DNA of 64,000 nt. It comes from Chiloscyllium plagiosum. Its lineage: Eukaryota. Below the pieces are notes generated by a model. The model was given only the letters and a program-made list of their open reading frames with translations, had not been told where the DNA came from and did no database searches. Shown piece by piece: positions 34,310 through 46,861 of this stretch. The stretch lies in NCBI RefSeq assembly GCF_004010195.1, contig NC_057753.1, forward strand, positions 11,834,815 to 11,898,814, given 5' to 3'. The stretch's first letter is position 1. Each line of letters starts with the position of its first letter. Position numbers and translations under genes: made by a program.

Positions 34310-35728
34310 ATGTTTACCCGCCAACAAGCCCGCAACAGTGAGAGGCAACTCTGCACCAGCCCTGTGTGCGGGAAGGGATTCAGCGGGTCCGTGCACCTGG
34401 CAGAGCGCCCACAGGCACACCACAGCGACAGAGCCTTCGGGGGCTCTCAGTATGGGAAGAGATTCACTCGGCCTTCCCGAGACGCCGAGCGCCAGCTGGT
34501 CCGGTCGGAGAAGAGGCTTTTCAAGTGTTCCGAATGCGAGAAGACTTTCGGGAAAAGCAGCGGCCTGCTGGCCCACCGCCGCGCTCACGTGGGAGAGAGG
34601 CCGTTCGCTTGCTCCGAATGCGGGAAGAGATTCGCGCGTTTGTTCCACCTTCAGATACACAACCACGTTCACACCGGGGAGAGGCCGTTCACTTGCCCGG
34701 TGTGCGGGAAGGGATTCGTCCAGTCCTCGGACCTTCAGAAACACAAGCGAGTTCACACCGGGGAGAGGCCGTTCGCCTGCTCCGAGTGTGGGAAGAGGTT
34801 CTCTGACTCGTCCCACCTCTTGACACACCAGCGGGTCCACACCGGGGAGAAGCCATTCACCTGCTCAGAGTGTGGGAAGAGTTTCCCTCGTCTTTCCCAT
34901 CTTGTGATACACAAGCGTGTTCACACTGGGGAGAGGCCGTACGTTTGTGCAGTGTGTGAGAGAGGATTTACTTGTTCTCACCACCTGCAGAAACACCAGT
35001 CTGTTCACACTGGGAGTAGGGCCTTCAGCTGCTCCCTGTGTGGAAAGTGTTTCACTCAGTCATCCAGCCTCCAGAGACATCAACGCACTCACACTGGGGA
35101 AAAGCCATTCACCTGCTCCGTGTGCGGAAAGAAATTTGCTCAGTCATCTGAATACACTGAACACCAAAGAGTTCACTCTGACAACAGACCTTTTAAATGC
35201 TCTGAATGCGAGAAGACCTTTAAGAGAAAGCACGATTTGCTCAAGCATCAGTATGTTCATAGCGGGGAGAAGCCTTTCCCCTGCTCCGAATGCGGCAAGA
35301 GATTCATCAATTCATCCGATCTGGTGCGACACCAGGGCACCCACACGGGGGAGCGGCCGCTCACCTGCTTCATGTGCGGGAATGGATTCAGTGACTCCTC
35401 CCACTTGCTGAGACACCAGCGAAGTCACACCGGGGAGAGGCCATTCGCTTGCTCTGTGTGTCAGAAGGGATTCACGCACTCGTCCAGCCTGCTGCGACAC
35501 CAACGCGTGCACACTGGGGAGAGGCCGTTCACCTGCTCGGTGTGCGAGAAGCGATTCACTCACTCGTTCAACCTGCTGAGACACCAGCGTGTTCACACTG
35601 GGGAGAGACCGTTCACCTGCCCTGTGTGTGAGAAGAAATTTAGACACTCCTCCCACCTGCTGAGACACCAGCGCGTTCACATATTGCCGGCAAATGTTGT
35701 CACGGCTGAGAATGAAATCCAGGACTGA
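34310..35728 (+). CDS. C2H2 zinc-finger protein C (14 intact plus 2 degenerate N-terminal fingers)
   Basis: 472-aa open ORF, acceptor ctccttcag at 34280, canonical HTGERPF linkers. Confidence 0.9.
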   Translation: MFTRQQARNSERQLCTSPVCGKGFSGSVHLAERPQAHHSDRAFGGSQYGKRFTRPSRDAERQLVRSEKRLFKCSECEKTFGKSSGLLAHRRAHVGERPFACSECGKRFARLFHLQIHNHVHTGERPFTCPVCGKGFVQSSDLQKHKRVHTGERPFACSECGKRFSDSSHLLTHQRVHTGEKPFTCSECGKSFPRLSHLVIHKRVHTGERPYVCAVCERGFTCSHHLQKHQSVHTGSRAFSCSLCGKCFTQSSSLQRHQRTHTGEKPFTCSVCGKKFAQSSEYTEHQRVHSDNRPFKCSECEKTFKRKHDLLKHQYVHSGEKPFPCSECGKRFINSSDLVRHQGTHTGERPLTCFMCGNGFSDSSHLLRHQRSHTGERPFACSVCQKGFTHSSSLLRHQRVHTGERPFTCSVCEKRFTHSFNLLRHQRVHTGERPFTCPVCEKKFRHSSHLLRHQRVHILPANVVTAENEIQD

Positions 35729-36340
35729 ATTTTTTTTTTTCCCCCCCTCTCCTTTATGACTAGATCATTTTCAGTGCTTATGCCTTTGGTAAACACAAAA
35801 CCCAGTCGTTTTACAGGGACTGAACGTAAGTGTGTGTCCCACAGCACCTCTGTCACCCACAAGGTGCGAATCAAGGCTGCAAACCACCTAAATTAAAATC
35901 CCCTCAGGAAGTGTAATTAACAGGAGCCTGGTGAGGTTCCTGTGAAGCTGACAGTTAGGCCTGTGCTGGTTTTGTTATTGTGCCTGTAATGGAAAATGTC
36001 TGAACCACTGCCTCGGTGGAATTTTGCCTGTCGTGAGAGTGGATTAATGAGTCTCGTGTCCTTGCTCATGTTGGCTGCGATGGTGTAGAACGGGTGACGT
36101 TCAAAGAGCTGGTCTTTGTGTGGAGATGTGAGATGTGTATGAAAGTGACACAGCCTTGTGCTCATAGTCAGAACAATGTGCAGGTCTCCTTGTGGTTTGA
36201 GCGGGGTCAGATGACCAATGTGAAAAAGTTAACTGTAAAATCCCCTGCGTACTTGCAGCCTGGAGAGAGAGAGCGGAACTCTGAATCTACTGTATTTTCT
36301 GTCTTGTCTGGATTGGGTAACAATACTCTCTTGTTACAGA

Positions 36341-36560
36341 GCTGAGAGCACTGAATTCAGTGTACTATCGCACTTCTCTAGATCAGGTAACTGTAGTCTA
36401 TTATCACAGCGCTGAGAGCTCTGAATTCAGTGTACTATCGCACTTCTCTAGATCAGGTAACTGTAGTATTTTATCACAGCGCTGAGAGCTCTGAATTCAC
36501 TGTACTATCCCAGTTCTCTGGTTCAGATAACCACACTTCATCTGTATCATCACAGAGCTG
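36341..36560 (+). repeat. 70-bp tandem repeat (about 3 copies) in the putative 3'UTR of gene C
   Basis: gctgagagc(a/t)ctgaattca at 36341, 36411 and 36481; AATAAA at about 36563. Confidence 0.85.
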
Positions 36561-36699
36561 CAAATAAAGTCAGTTAGAGACAATCTGTTGTTGGGAACTT
36601 GAGTATCTGGTGTCTGAAAGCACAAAGGTTTGACATTTAGAGTCCAAGAGACATATACTGAAACACATCTCGACCCAATCCTCCAGCTTAATTTTCACG

Positions 36700-37820
36700 A
36701 GACAGCGTCTCTTACCAAGCCTACTGAGTGGACAGAACATGGAAACGATCCCGACTGGAAGAAACTGTCCAGTCATTTGTTAATATTTCTCAACTGCAGC
36801 CAGGTTCCAATTGTCACTTTCTGTTACATTAAAGCCAATAGCGGAGGGAGAGTGATTATTCGAATGTTGAAAGGTTGAGTTATAAAGATAGGCTGGGACT
36901 TTTTTTCTCTGGAGCAGTGGAGGTTGAGAAGTGATCTTCTGGAGGTATATAAAATCATGATGGGGAGAGGTAAGGTGAACCGGTAGGTATCTTTTCAATA
37001 AACCCTGAGGCAGCGGTTTAAAGTAAAGAGCTGAAAGGACTGGAGGAAGGTGAAGGTGGAGTATTTCAGACAGCGTCTCTTACCAAGCCTACTGAGTGGA
37101 CAGAACATGGAAACGATCCCGACTGGAAGAAACTGTCCAGTCATTTGTTAATATTTCTCAACTGCAACCAGGTTCCAATTGTCACTTTCTGTTACATTAA
37201 AGCCAATAGCGGAGGGAGAGTGATTATTCGAATGTTGAAAGGTTGAGTTATAAAGATAGGCTGGGACTTTTTTTCTCTGGAGCAGTGGAGGTTGAGAAGT
37301 GATCTTCTGGAGGTATATAAAATCATGATGGGGAGAGGTAAGGTGAACCGGTAGGTATCTTTTCCCTAGAATGGGGGATTTCAAGACTGGAGGGGGGGGG
37401 GGGCATATTTTTAAGGTGAGAAGAGAAAGATTTAAAAAAAAGACGTTGGGGGGAAGAATTTGTCTTACGCAGAGGGTGGTTTGTGTGTGGACTGAACTTC
37501 CAGAGGAAGCAGTGGATGCGGGCACAGATACAACATTGAAAAGACGGGATAGGAAACGTTTGGAGGGATATGGGCCAGGAGCAGGGAGGTGGGACTAGTT
37601 CCAGTTTGGGATCATGAACCAGTTGGCCGAAAAGGTCTGATTTTGTTCTGTATGACTCCACGGCTCCTGGAGAAGGCTGAGGAGTTTTTTTTAATGATTA
37701 TAAAATTATGGGCCCAGATAGCTTGGAAAGACGTCTGATTGGCAAGGTCAATAAACCCTGAGGCAGCGGTTTAAAGTAAAGAGCTGAAAGGACTGGAGGA
37801 AGGTGAAGGTGGAGTATTTC
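36700..37820 (+). repeat. Near-identical local duplication A-B-A'-C-B' including a CR1 3' fragment
   Basis: 36700-36995 matches 37069-37364; 36996-37068 matches 37749-37820. Confidence 0.85.
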
Positions 37821-38207
37821 TCACTGCGATGCTGGTGGGGGCGCTGGAATTCACTGGAAGCGTGCTGGAGGTCCGCATTCCTACAGGATGATGGGCTAAG
37901 AGTTGGAAAGTGGGAATCAGACTGCAAATATCATGTCCCGGCCAGCGAACGGAGGCTGAAAGGCCTTCTCCACGCTGCAAATTCTGTGACGAAAGGCAGT
38001 TCTTGTGTTGATATCCTGAGTCAGGCCTCGGCCCTGTTCGTTTGCTCCCAAGGTTGACGCGACGGTGTGGGGGTCAAGGTACCGGGAGCAGTGAATGAAA
38101 CGTAATTGCCCGGAAATGCTGGTCTTGTTTATCTGGTTCTGTTTCAATCGCTTCTGCCGAACGTGGCCCTCCCCCAGTGCTTTTCTGCAACAAGTTCTGA
38201 GTCCGCT

Positions 38208-38770
38208 TAGAGTCATAGAGATGGACAGCACTGAAACAGACCCTTCGGTCCAACTCATCCATGCCGACCAGTTATTCCCAATCCAATCTAGTCCCACCTG
38301 CCAGCACCCGGCCCATATCACTCCAAACCCTTCCTATTCATATACCCATCCAAATGCCGCAATCGTACCAGCCTCCACCACTTCCTCTGGCAGCTCAATC
38401 CATACACGTACCACCCTCTGCGTGAAACAGTTGTCCCTTAGGTCTCTTTTACATCATTCCCCTATCACCCTAAACCTATGCCCCTCTAGTTCTGGACTCC
38501 CCGACCCCAGGGAAAACACCTTGTCTATTTACCCTATCCATGTCCTCATGGCCAACAGTGGCCTAACCAATGTCCTGTACAGCCGCAACATGACGTCCCA
38601 ACTCCTGTACTCCATACTATGACTAATAAAGGAAAGTACTGTATACCAAACACCTTTTTCACTCTCCTATCCACCTGCGACTCCACTTTCAAGGAACTAT
38701 AAACCTGCACTCCAAGGTCTCTTTGTTCAGCAACACTCCCCAGGACCTTACCATTAAGTGTATAAGTCAG
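38208..38770 (-). mobile_element. CR1 LINE 3' fragment with an internal deletion
   Basis: Same 3' UTR and C-terminal motifs as the 7748-9240 copy. Confidence 0.85.
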
Positions 38771-39117
38771 CTCTCAATGCTGTTCAAAATGGATGCTTTA
38801 TTTTTGGAGTTAACACAAAGCTGATTTATTTGACTTTTATCAGAAATATCAATCCCTTCCCATCAAGAGTTTACTAACAGCAACAGATTGTGGTTCAGTC
38901 CCAGATGTGATTAACTGCGAAATCTTGTAGTCAATCACAAACTCACTGGTGACTCGGGAGGTGGGAAGAGTGAATGAATCCCTTCTTACACACAGAGCAG
39001 GTGAATCATCTCTCCCCCAGTGTAAGTTCACTGGTGTTTGGTGCAGTCAGGTGATCGCCTGAAGTTGGTTCCCACAGCCAGTGCACCTGAATGGTTTCCG
39101 ATCAGCGTTAACACCTG

Positions 39118-39824
39118 TGAGAAACAAAGCTCACTCACTTCAATAATTTCAGTCCGAGACAAGATCTGAAGCAATCAGTATGTTTATTATACACTTGCAA
39201 GCGTGGTGCCTGGAATAGGGCACACAGAGTTTAGCAAGTACAGATCTTATATAGGATTCACCACTCCAAACCCGGTGCCCATTACTATTGTTTATCTCCT
39301 GCCTTGTGCATAACAAGGTATAAGTTTTACTCAGCCATTTCACCACATCCTGCTGTGATCCATTGTTAGGTATATCCTCCTTCACTATTATCTACTTCCC
39401 CCACTTATGCCACTTCCTCCCTTTCCCAAACCATATTGATCCTTACGACCTTTTAATTGGGGTTTGTTTTTGTGTTTTTGCAAAAGTGGGAAACAGATGC
39501 TTATAACTACTGCTTGCACAAGCACATCGGCTTAACCTACATCCTCACAGCACCTTATCTGTTTGTCTACCATTGTTAGCAGGCACGTTTCATTCTTGCA
39601 TTCACATTTTAGCGAATACAAAAACAATTATATATTTCCTCCACATAGTTTTCATTCTTGTTGACTCAGCTCTTGGTTGAAACAATTATACACTGGTGTG
39701 AGTGCATTTACCTTGCATCAGTAATTGTAATTGCAGAAGTAACACTACTTTACCTATATCCCACACACCTTAATGGCACATTCATTTCCTTGCCTCATCT
39801 GGGTATTGGAAAAAAAACCTCTCA
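39118..39824 (-). mobile_element. Solo LTR (707 bp) with 4-bp TSD
   Basis: Perfect TGAGA...TCTCA termini, cctg at 39114-39117 and 39825-39828, minus-strand TATATAA at about 39247-39253 and AATAAA at 39183-39188. Confidence 0.8.
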
Positions 39825-40399
39825 CCTGAGTAAGCTTACTATCATCTCATTAGTGAGCAGATCTCTACCTCCGCCTGACGTGGACAGAGAACGTGAAAGA
39901 CGTCCCACCAGTGTGTACTCGCTGGCATTTCAACATGTCAGGTAAGGTCGGCTTTTTTTTAAATTCATTAGAGATGAGTGTGTTGTTGGCTGGGCCCATC
40001 CCTAATTGCCCAGAGGGCAGTTAAGAGTCAACCGCGTTACTATGGGTCTGAAGTCACATGTCGGCCAGATGGGGATAAGAATGGCACAGTTTCCTTCGCG
40101 AAAGAATGTTCGTGGACCAGGTGGGTTCTTCCCCATGGATAACAATGGATTCACCGTCATAGTTAGATGCTTAATTCCAGATATTTACTGAATTCAAATT
40201 CCACCATCTGCCTTGGCAGGATCCAAACCCAGGTCCCTGGAACATTAGGTAGGTCCCTAGTGTAATAGCCCAGTGATAATTTTACTTGGCCGTTGCCTCC
40301 CCCCCCCTCCCCGGTAGTGAATCAATTCCCACGTATGGTACTAGAAGACAGACTCAAGCACTGATGTCTCAGCAAGTTGGAAAAGGTAGCGAATCACAG

Positions 40400-40910
40400 A
40401 GTCATATAGCACAGAAATTCACCCATGCCCACCAGCTTTCCCAGACTAGACTAGTCCCGTTTGCCTGCTTTTGGCTCATACCTCTCGACACCTTTCCTAT
40501 TCATGTACCGAGGCAGGTGTCTTCTCAGTGTTGTAACTGCACCGACATCTACCACTTCCTCTGGCAGCTCATTCAATGTGTGCACCGTCCTCTGTGTGAA
40601 AAAGTTGCCCCTCGGGTCCCTTTTAAATCTTTCCCCTCTCACCCGAAACCTACGCCCGTTAGATTTGGACTACCCTACCCTGGAGAGAAGACCTTGACTC
40701 TTCACCTTATCCACACCCCGTCATGCTTTTAATAAGGTTCCTCCTCAATCTCCGATGCTCCAGAGATGACAGCCTCAAACCCTCCAGTCCTGGGCAACAT
40801 CCTTGTCAATCTTATCTGCACCTTCTCAAGTCTAACATCTTTCCTATAGCAGGGAGACCAGAATTGAACGCTGTATTCCAAAAGTGGCCTCACCAATGTC
40901 CTGTACAGCT
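40400..40910 (-). mobile_element. CR1 LINE 3' fragment
   Basis: LYRTLVRPLLEYSVQFWSPCYRKD and RGNFFTQR. Confidence 0.85.
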
Positions 40911-41459
40911 GCACTTCCTGCAGCCTGGGCACTTAATTGGTCTCTCCGTCGAACGAACACCCTGGTGAGCCGGCAAGTGCGATTACCAACTCAGAGCAGG
41001 AGGATAGCCCGTCCCCAGTGTGACTCCTCTAACAGTTCAGACAGCGATCCGAAAGTCATAATCCCTACATTTCTCTTTCTCTCTCGCTCTCTTTTTTCCC
41101 CCTTGCCCCTCCTCCACTTGTGCCTCAACAGGTCAGATGATTGACTGAAACATCACCCACCCAAACAGCACACCTAGTTTCTCTCCGCTGTGAATGGTCC
41201 TTTTTCCGTTCCACTCTTGAAATCCAAAGCTGTTGAGGCTGCGAAGAAATTAAATCACTCTGTCAGATGGCTGGTATTTGTTTTCAGTTTTCCCGCGAGT
41301 AAAGCCTCCGTTTCTGACACCCTGTGGCCTGAATGTGGGACAGACAAAATGGGTGAGAGAGAACCCGCCGAAAACAGGTTGTGAAAGTGAGCGGAGTAAA
41401 CCTGGAGCCTAGAAATTAGTGACCGCGGCAGGAGCTGGGGTTGTCATGGGAAACGACAA

Positions 41460-41700
41460 GTCGAGGTCATGTTGAGGTTGAGCAGGACATTGGTGAGGCT
41501 TCGTCTGGAGCACTGCGTCTAGTTCTGGTCGCCTAGTTATTGGATATTATTTAGCTGGAATGGGTTCTAGAAGAGGTTTACCAGGAAGGTGCCACGTACG
41601 GAACGATTGAGTTATAAAGAAAGGCTGGATAGGCTGGGTCTGTTTTCACTGGAGTGTAGGAGGTTGAGAAGTGACCTTATAGAAGTTTATAAAATAATGA
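41460..41700 (+). mobile_element. CR1 LINE fragment
   Basis: aggttgagaagtgaccttatagaagtttataaaataatg (RLRSDLIEVYKIM). Confidence 0.75.
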
Positions 41701-42198
41701 GGCTTCCTCCCACAGTCCAAAGATGTGCAAGTTAAGGTGGATTGGCCGTGTTAAATTACCCATAGTGCCTAGGGATGTGCAGGTTAGGGTGGGTTGGCCG
41801 TGCTAAATTACCCATAGTGCCTAGGGATGTGCAGGTTAGGGTGGATCGGCCATGCTAAATTACCCATAGTGCCCAGGGATGTGCAGGTTAGAGTGGATTG
41901 GCCGTGCTCAATTCCCATAGTGCCCAGGGATGTGTAGGTTAGGGTGGATTGGCTACGCTAAATTACCCATAGTGCCCAGGGATGTGCAGGTTAGGGTGGA
42001 TTGGCCATGCTAAATTACCCATAGTGCCCAGGGATGTGCTAAATTGCCCATAGTGTCCCCTTTAGGTGCATTAGTCAGGGGTAAATATAGGATAGTAGAG
42101 TAGGGTAGGGTAATGGGTCTGGATGGGTTACTCTTCAGAGGGTAGGTGTGGACTTGTTGTGCCATAGGGCCTGCTTCCACACTGGAGGGATTCTATCC
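41701..42198 (+). mobile_element. 5'-truncated HE1-like SINE with 52-bp VNTR (~6 units) and HE1 tail
   Basis: V-domain end, tandem 52-bp units at 41722-42060, then ttagtcaggggtaaat..gggcctgcttccacactg. Confidence 0.85.
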
Positions 42199-42289
42199 TC
42201 TGGGCAGTTGGGGATGGGTGACAAATTAGCCAGCGGTGCCCTCATCCTGTGAATGAATAAAAAAATTGTTGAGACCTGGATGTGACGAA

Positions 42290-43450
42290 CAGCAAAACCC
42301 AATCTTTGCAACTACTAGTGAACTCGCTGGTGACTCGGCAGGTTGGAAGACCAAGTGAATCCCTTCCCACGATCGCAGCAGGTGAATTTTCTCTCTCCGG
42401 TGGACGACGAGTTGAGATTACCGACAGAAGTGGGCCCGGCAACTTGGAGCTGAATGGTCTCTTGTCTGTGCGAACACGTTGGTGACGGGTCAGATCCCCG
42501 GAACCTTTACTGCACTTCCCACAACCGGGACATCTGAAAGATCTCTCATTGGTGTGAAGGCGCTGGTGATATTTAAGCTCCCCAAAACGTTTGTGGCCCT
42601 TCCCACAGTCTGGGCATTTAAAAGGGCGCTCTTCACCGTGGACATTTCGGGGGTACTTCAGCTCCCTGCAACTTTTAAAGCCCTTCCTGCAGTCCGAGAA
42701 ATGTCTCTCATTGGCGTGAACACGTTGGTGGTAGATTCGGTCACTGGAACTCTTAAAGCACTTGCCATGCTCTGAACACGTGAAACATCTCTCGTCCGTG
42801 TGAACGCGTCGATGGGAACGTGAGGTTGTTGGGGCTTTGAAAACATTTCAGATTAGATTAGATTAGATTAGATTAGATTACATTACAGTGTGGAAACAGG
42901 CCCTTCGGCCCAACAAGTCCACACCGCCCCGCCGAAGCGCCACCCACCCATACCCCTACATTTACCCCTTACCTAAAACTACAGGCAATTTATCATGGCC
43001 AATTCACCTGACCTGCACATCTTTGGACTGTGGGAAGAAACCGGAGCAAACCCACACGCTGAACATCTAAAGGGTCGCTTGAGAGTGTGAACGCGCTGGT
43101 GGGACATTAGGTTGCCTGGGCTTTTCAAGCACTTCGCACAGACCGAACATTTGAAAGGTCGCTCTCCTCAGTGTGAACCCACTGGTGTGTCTGCAGGCGA
43201 GATGGCTGAAGAAATGCCTTCCAGCACGTGGTGCAGGTCAATGGCTTCTCCCCAGTGTGACCGCAGCAATGGACTTCCAGCTGAGATGGGTAACTGAACC
43301 CTTCCCCGCAGGCCTCCAGGCCCTGTTGCACAGCTTGAAGCCTCACCTGCACGCAGAACACGTGTAGGGTTTCTCCCCCGTCCGAACGGTCCTTTCTCCC
43401 TCTGTGCATTAAATCCGATGACCTTCGGGCTGATCCGTCAGGTCCTTGCC
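42290..43450 (-). pseudogene. C2H2 ZNF pseudogene P2 of the gene-A (FKS) subfamily, interrupted by an HE1 SINE
   Basis: Frameshifted fingers ACGEGFSYPSQLEVHCCGHTGEKP, HRRVHTDERCFTCSEHGKCFKSSSDRIYHQRVH and FKCPDCGKG. Confidence 0.8.
42849..43050 (-). mobile_element. 5'-truncated HE1 SINE inside a zinc finger
   Basis: (gatta)n tail and V-domain, placed between TGTGGG and AAATGTTTT of a finger. Confidence 0.88.
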
Positions 43451-43950
43451 CGGTGAAATTGATTTCGAAACGGAGAGAAAGGGAGTAAGTAAGAACTCCG
43501 AAGAAAACACAACAGTAAGGTTGCAAAATTGAGACGAACGAATCCGTGGGTCTCCCGTGAAGCAAAAGTGACCACTAAAGCTGCTGCATTGTCGTTAAAA
43601 AAAAAACTCAACATGTTCACTCACATTCCTTGGGGAAGGGAACCTAAGCAAGATTCTGGAGGAGCGAGAGAGACACAAACAGGGTTAGAGAGTGGCGAGA
43701 GAGCTCGATGCAAAAGGGAGGGATTTTATTTATGAATAGTCATTTGGTAGACTTGAGTGTTGCTGAAAACTGACGGATTTTTGTCTTGCACTCATCAGGA
43801 CAATGCAAAAATTCCAATGAGGAGGAAAACCGACCTGTTTGAGAAGCAAGTGTTGATTGACTGACAGGGGGGTCGGATTGATTCATGCTGAATGCCGCAG
43901 TTAGTGATGATCGGCAGTAAACTCCCAGGCTACGTTTAGATTTTAAACTA

Positions 43951-44212
43951 GGCGGCACAGTGGCTCAGTGGTTAGCACTGCTGCCTTACAGAACCAAGGA
44001 CCTCGGGCGACTATCTGTGTCTGCGTGGGTTTCCTCCAACAGTCTAAAGACATGTACGTTCAGTGGAATGGCCGTGCTAAATTGCCGCATAGTGTACAGG
44101 CTAGGTGCATTAGCCATGGGGAAATGCAAGATTACAGGGATTGGGTGGGGTGTTTTTCAGAGGGTCTGTGCGGACCCGATGGGCTGAATGGCCTCTTTCC
44201 ATACTGTAAGGT
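43951..44212 (+). mobile_element. HE1-related SINE, decayed
   Basis: ggcggcacagtggctcagtggttagcactgctgcc head and CR1-type tail. Confidence 0.8.
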
Positions 44213-45949
44213 TTCCAGTGAATTCTGATGGGTCAGGGCATTGCCCCGAGGGAATGAGCCAGGGAATGGCTGACATCTATCTATCTGACTCTATTATCTC
44301 ATCCGGGAAACTCACTAGCTGCTCTATGCAAAGTGAAATTAATGAGACGGTAAAGTTCTGTCGTGGTCACAGGACCCTAAAGCTCCATTTGTTTTCGATA
44401 TGGGCGCACATGCACACTGCTCCCTGCCTAACCAAGATGGCGGCTGTTAACCATGGCCTATTCTGCAAACTGGAGATCTTCGGCTTCTTAACTGGGGTTT
44501 CTGGTCTCTCCTCCATCCACTTTCTATATCTTCCCCTCCCCCTGATCAGGCAAAATGAAAATCATGTGACACAGGAGCAGAATTACACCATCTGGCCCAT
44601 CAATACTGCTCTGCCATTCTTTTGTAACTGATGTGTTTCTCAACCCCAATCTCGTGCTTTCCCCCCCATAACCGTTGAACCTCTTCCTACTTGAGAACCA
44701 ATCTCTATCCATCTTAAACACACACAATGACTTGGACTCCACAGCCGACTGTGGCAATAGTGCTGGAAAAATGCAGCACCATTGTACAGAAAGAAACAGA
44801 GTTAAAGTGAAATGCTTCAAGTCCAACAGAACGGTTGTTTGCAGCAGATCGAGAGCCTTTTCCTGCTTCATTCTCCTGTTAACACTTACTGAAGACAAAT
44901 GATTTGTTTCCTTGCTGCAATCAAATCATAGCCTTTGCCTTTTGTTCCCTTACGTTTTTGTTACTTAATCTGTTTGGTCCTCTAATCTAACGCTGACTGG
45001 ACTAAAAATGGTTGTAATCTGCCAGAATGATTTATGTCATTGAAGGTACAGTGGAATATGCATAAAAACTTTATTTAGGCAGTGAATTATCATAATCTGG
45101 GACTCTCTCCCTACAATGATGATTATCAATGATCAATAATTCCAAAAGGAAATTGTGATGAACACTTGAAGTAAATAAACTTGCAGGAATTGGAGGATAT
45201 CGAAGGAACTCTTATGGTGCAGTGTTGTGTCCTTATCTCTGACCCGGAGACCTGGTTCAAGTCTCATCTCTCGAGGTGTATAATAATTTCAACAGGTTCA
45301 CTCAAAAATAAACTAGAACATAGCGGGGTATTGGGACTGAGAGGATTGCCTGATAGGGAGTCAAGTGCCTGAACTATTTCCCTGTGCACCATTCTCTGCA
45401 TAGCATCTCCTTTTTTAGTAAATGCAGATTCAAAGTGTTAATTTAATACCTCACCTACACATTTTCAAATCTCTCCAGTCTGTTTTTACCCCATTAAAGT
45501 CAGCTTTGCCCAGTTAGTTGTTTGAACCCCGGCCTGTTCAATATACTCTCCATAATCGCCGGCCTAAACCTTATGATACAATGATCACAATCCCTAAATG
45601 CTCACCGGCTGACGCTTGGGGCCCACCTCATTTCCAAGAACCAGTATCAGTCGGGCCTCCTTTCCTGTTTGACTGAAAACGTACACTTTTGAATCGAAAT
45701 ACTGGACCCCCTTCCCGAATTGTAAGTGTCCCTACACCAAGTGGACTGCGTCAATTCAACAAAGCAACTCAACTGACACCTCCTCTTGGATGAGTAGGGA
45801 TGTGCGATTAAGTGCTGCCCAGCCGGCAAAGCCCAAATCCCCTTGATGAAGAAAATATGTTGCAGAATATTCTCGTGGAAACACTTCAGGAACTCCTGCC
45901 CGTGACGTTGCAGGTACTCTGGTAAAATTACGCGCCTAATTTCACTGAC

Positions 45950-46470
45950 TGCCACCTCCGTCTCCGCTTCACGCATCACGGCACAAACATAAAGGCACTA
46001 ATGGCGGGGCATTTACCCACCATCCCCCGCGGTGGTGAATATCGCCTATGCAGGCGACAGGAGGGACGTGCGCAGGCGCAGTCCCACCCAGCGTGCGCAG
46101 CGACGGCGATCACACCGAGCGGACGCGCCGATCCTTCGCTCTTCCGCAGGCGGTGAGGATCCGGGACCGCGCGGGGAGCGCTGGAGGCGGCGGGCGGGGC
46201 CGGCAGGGATTGTGAACGCTTGCTCAACACCCCTGGCCTCGATTGGCGACCTGAGGCTCCCGCGTTGTGGGGGGAGGGGGTGGGGAGAAATCCCGGGGCC
46301 TTTATCCGGGGGAGAATCGGCTCTCACGCTGAGCGGCCGCCATCTTGGATCCGCGGGGAGATGCGGTGCGCATGTGCGATCGCCTTGAGTGACGTAACAG
46401 AGGGGGGCGGGGCGGGGCGGGGATGGGATTTCAAGCCGCCCAACGGGGTCCTAGCGCCGGCGTCATGTCA
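45950..46470. promoter_or_regulatory. CpG-rich promoter, likely of ZNF gene E
   Basis: NRF1-like TGCGCAGGCGCA at about 46069, donor-like CG|GTGAGG at about 46153, YY1-like motif at 46336-46346, TGCGCATGTGCG at 46367-46378, CRE-like TGACGTAA and GC boxes. Confidence 0.7.
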
Positions 46471-46861
46471 GTGGTCCCAGCAGCAATTTTCATCAACTCT
46501 CCCAGGTTTGCAGCTAATGGAGGAGTCCAGGGGCCAATGTGTTTAATCAGGGCGAGAGGTTGCTGCCCCTTGTGTCGTTATTGGAAGGAGTTGCACCGTT
46601 ACATCACAACACATAGAGCGTAAGGAGAAAGTGAGGTCTGCAGATGCTGGAGATCAGAGCTGGAAATGTGTTGCTGGAAAAGCGCAGCAGGTCAGGCAGC
46701 ATCCAGGGAACAGGAGATTCGACGTTTCGGGCACAGGCCCTTTTGAGTCAACTCCACCATCCGATAAGAACACGGCTGATCTTTTCATGGCCTCAGCTCC
46801 AGTTACCCGCCCTCTCTCTCCGCAGCCCCGGATTCCTTTACTGTTCAAGAACGTATCTGTC

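Larger units (their letters stand above)
38860..41330 (-). pseudogene. Decayed C2H2 ZNF pseudogene P1, split by a solo LTR, a SINE and a CR1
   Basis: Finger remnants at 38930-39115, 39860-39945, 40315-40395 and 40930-41200 (cacactggggag, ttcacctgctctgtgtgtaagaagggattc); acceptor-like ccacag at about 41322. Confidence 0.7.
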
